Shown: positions 31,038 through 32,000 of the stretch, in pieces | Layout of the letters: every line of letters starts with the position of its first letter | How positions within the stretch are numbered: position 1 is the first letter of the stretch | Source of the DNA: Prochlorococcus marinus subsp. pastoris str. CCMP1986 | GTDB lineage: Bacteria; Cyanobacteriota; Cyanobacteriia; PCC-6307; Cyanobiaceae | NCBI RefSeq assembly: GCF_000011465.1 | Contig: NC_005072.1 | Location: forward strand, 1,470,001 to 1,502,000 | DNA length: 32,000 bases | Direction: 5' to 3' | Made by a program: the position numbers and the translations under genes | Notes under the pieces: generated by a model | The model's database searches: none | The model's input: the letters and a program-made list of their open reading frames with translations, nothing else | Told to the model about the DNA's origin: nothing

Positions 31038-32000
31038 CTATAAGTATATCATTTGCGAAGAGCTTAAAAAGGATTTATTGAATTTATCCAAATGCGTTGC
31101 ACTTATCAAACATTGACTATCTTTTCCTACCGAATTCAGTAATAAATTTTGTCTAGTGATATCAAGCTCAGCCAAAACATCATCTAATATAAGAATAGGA
31201 GGTAAATCAATCATATTACGTAATAAATCCAGCTCAGCCATTTTTAAAGCCAAAATAAAAGTCCTTTGTTGACCAGATGAGCCATACTTTCTTATAGAGA
31301 TATTATTAATCAGAAACTCTATATCATCACGATGAGGACCAAAATTACATTTACCAGTCACCGCCTCTAACGGCCTCTGCTTTTGTAGTTGTTCCAATAT
31401 TTTCTTACTTATAACTTCTTCTTCTTCTTCTTGATTGATATTTTCTAAACCAGAAAGATAATTTATACCAATTTGCTCTTTGGATTTACTTAAATGATTA
31501 TGCCAATATTCAACATATGGTTTAATTTTTGATAGAGCTCTCCTTCTACGTCTAAAAATTCTTGTACTAATTAATGACATTTGAATATCAAAACTTTCTA
31601 TAACTTCTGAATATATATCTTTTTGAAAGCTTTCTGAACGCCAAAAATGAGTTCGTTGCTTTAAAAGTCTATTAAATCTATGAATCAGCTCTACGTATAC
31701 TGGTTCAAGCTGAGATACAACTTTATCAATCCAAGATCTTCTGAAACCAGGTTCACTTTTGACAATATAAATATCATTAGAACAGAAACATACACTCCTA
31801 ATATAATTTTGTATTTCAGTCTGTTTTTTCAATAAAGAATCATTTACATAAATCTTTTTAGCTCCTTTCCTAAATAAATTCACTTTCAAATTATCAGTGA
31901 AATCAATTTGACCAAAAATAGCGGCCATGTCACTATCGTTTTCTATTAAATCTTTATCACTTAATGCTCTATTCGATTTTAATTGACTAAGAACTTCGAC
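31038..32000 (-). CDS. recF: DNA replication and repair protein RecF, 5' end beyond the window
   Basis: QRTFILALKMAELDLLRNMIDLPPILILDDVLAELDITRQ, GPHRDDIEF and YGSSGQQRTF. The frame stays open upstream of the track Met (VEVLSQLKSNRALSDKDLIENDSDM) to the window edge. Confidence 0.93.
   Translation of the reverse strand, partial: VEVLSQLKSNRALSDKDLIENDSDMAAIFGQIDFTDNLKVNLFRKGAKKIYVNDSLLKKQTEIQNYIRSVCFCSNDIYIVKSEPGFRRSWIDKVVSQLEPVYVELIHRFNRLLKQRTHFWRSESFQKDIYSEVIESFDIQMSLISTRIFRRRRRALSKIKPYVEYWHNHLSKSKEQIGINYLSGLENINQEEEEEVISKKILEQLQKQRPLEAVTGKCNFGPHRDDIEFLINNISIRKYGSSGQQRTFILALKMAELDLLRNMIDLPPILILDDVLAELDITRQNLLLNSVGKDSQCLISATHLDKFNKSFLSSSQMIYL

Noticed and set aside
1-32000. CRISPR arrays, mobile elements, prophage, toxin-antitoxin or defence islands
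   Set aside because: No spaced direct repeats, transposase, integrase or defence-type domains were seen. The lone HNH protein is a conserved cyanobacterial housekeeping-context gene with no partner suggesting a defence system.

Overview
Core-genome window from an AT-rich marine picocyanobacterium. Protein sequences and gene order look like high-light Prochlorococcus; this is my inference and I ran no database search. About half of it is one long minus-strand ribosomal superoperon: rplC-rplD-rplW-rplB-rpsS-rplV-rpsC-rplP-rpmC-rpsQ-rplN-rplX-rplE-rpsH-rplF-rplR-rpsE-rplO-secY-adk-rpmJ-rpsM-rpsK-rpoA-rplQ-truA-rplM-rpsI-rpmE-prfA. It is flanked by a partial alr and an HNH endonuclease on the left. 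On the right are ndhN, ldpA, tRNA-Gln(TTG), a HAD-like gene, recA, a DUF2839-like gene, a degenerate DinG-like gene, tyrA, a CrtD-like oxidoreductase, a fructosamine-kinase-like gene, a CAAD-domain-like gene, a ThiF/MoeB-rhodanese fusion, a two-domain CobO/BtuR-like protein, larE, speD and a partial recF. I see no CRISPR, mobile element, phage or defence island, and no convincing new multi-gene system. The observations most worth following up are: a 16-nt G/C homopolymer between rpsK and rpoA; a DinG-like protein that appears to have lost its nucleotide-binding motifs; a tandemly duplicated corrinoid adenosyltransferase-like protein with two P-loops; an E1-like/rhodanese protein without the usual zinc CxxC pairs; a LarE with extra cysteines; and a terminator-like hairpin spanning the recA and DUF2839 stop codons.
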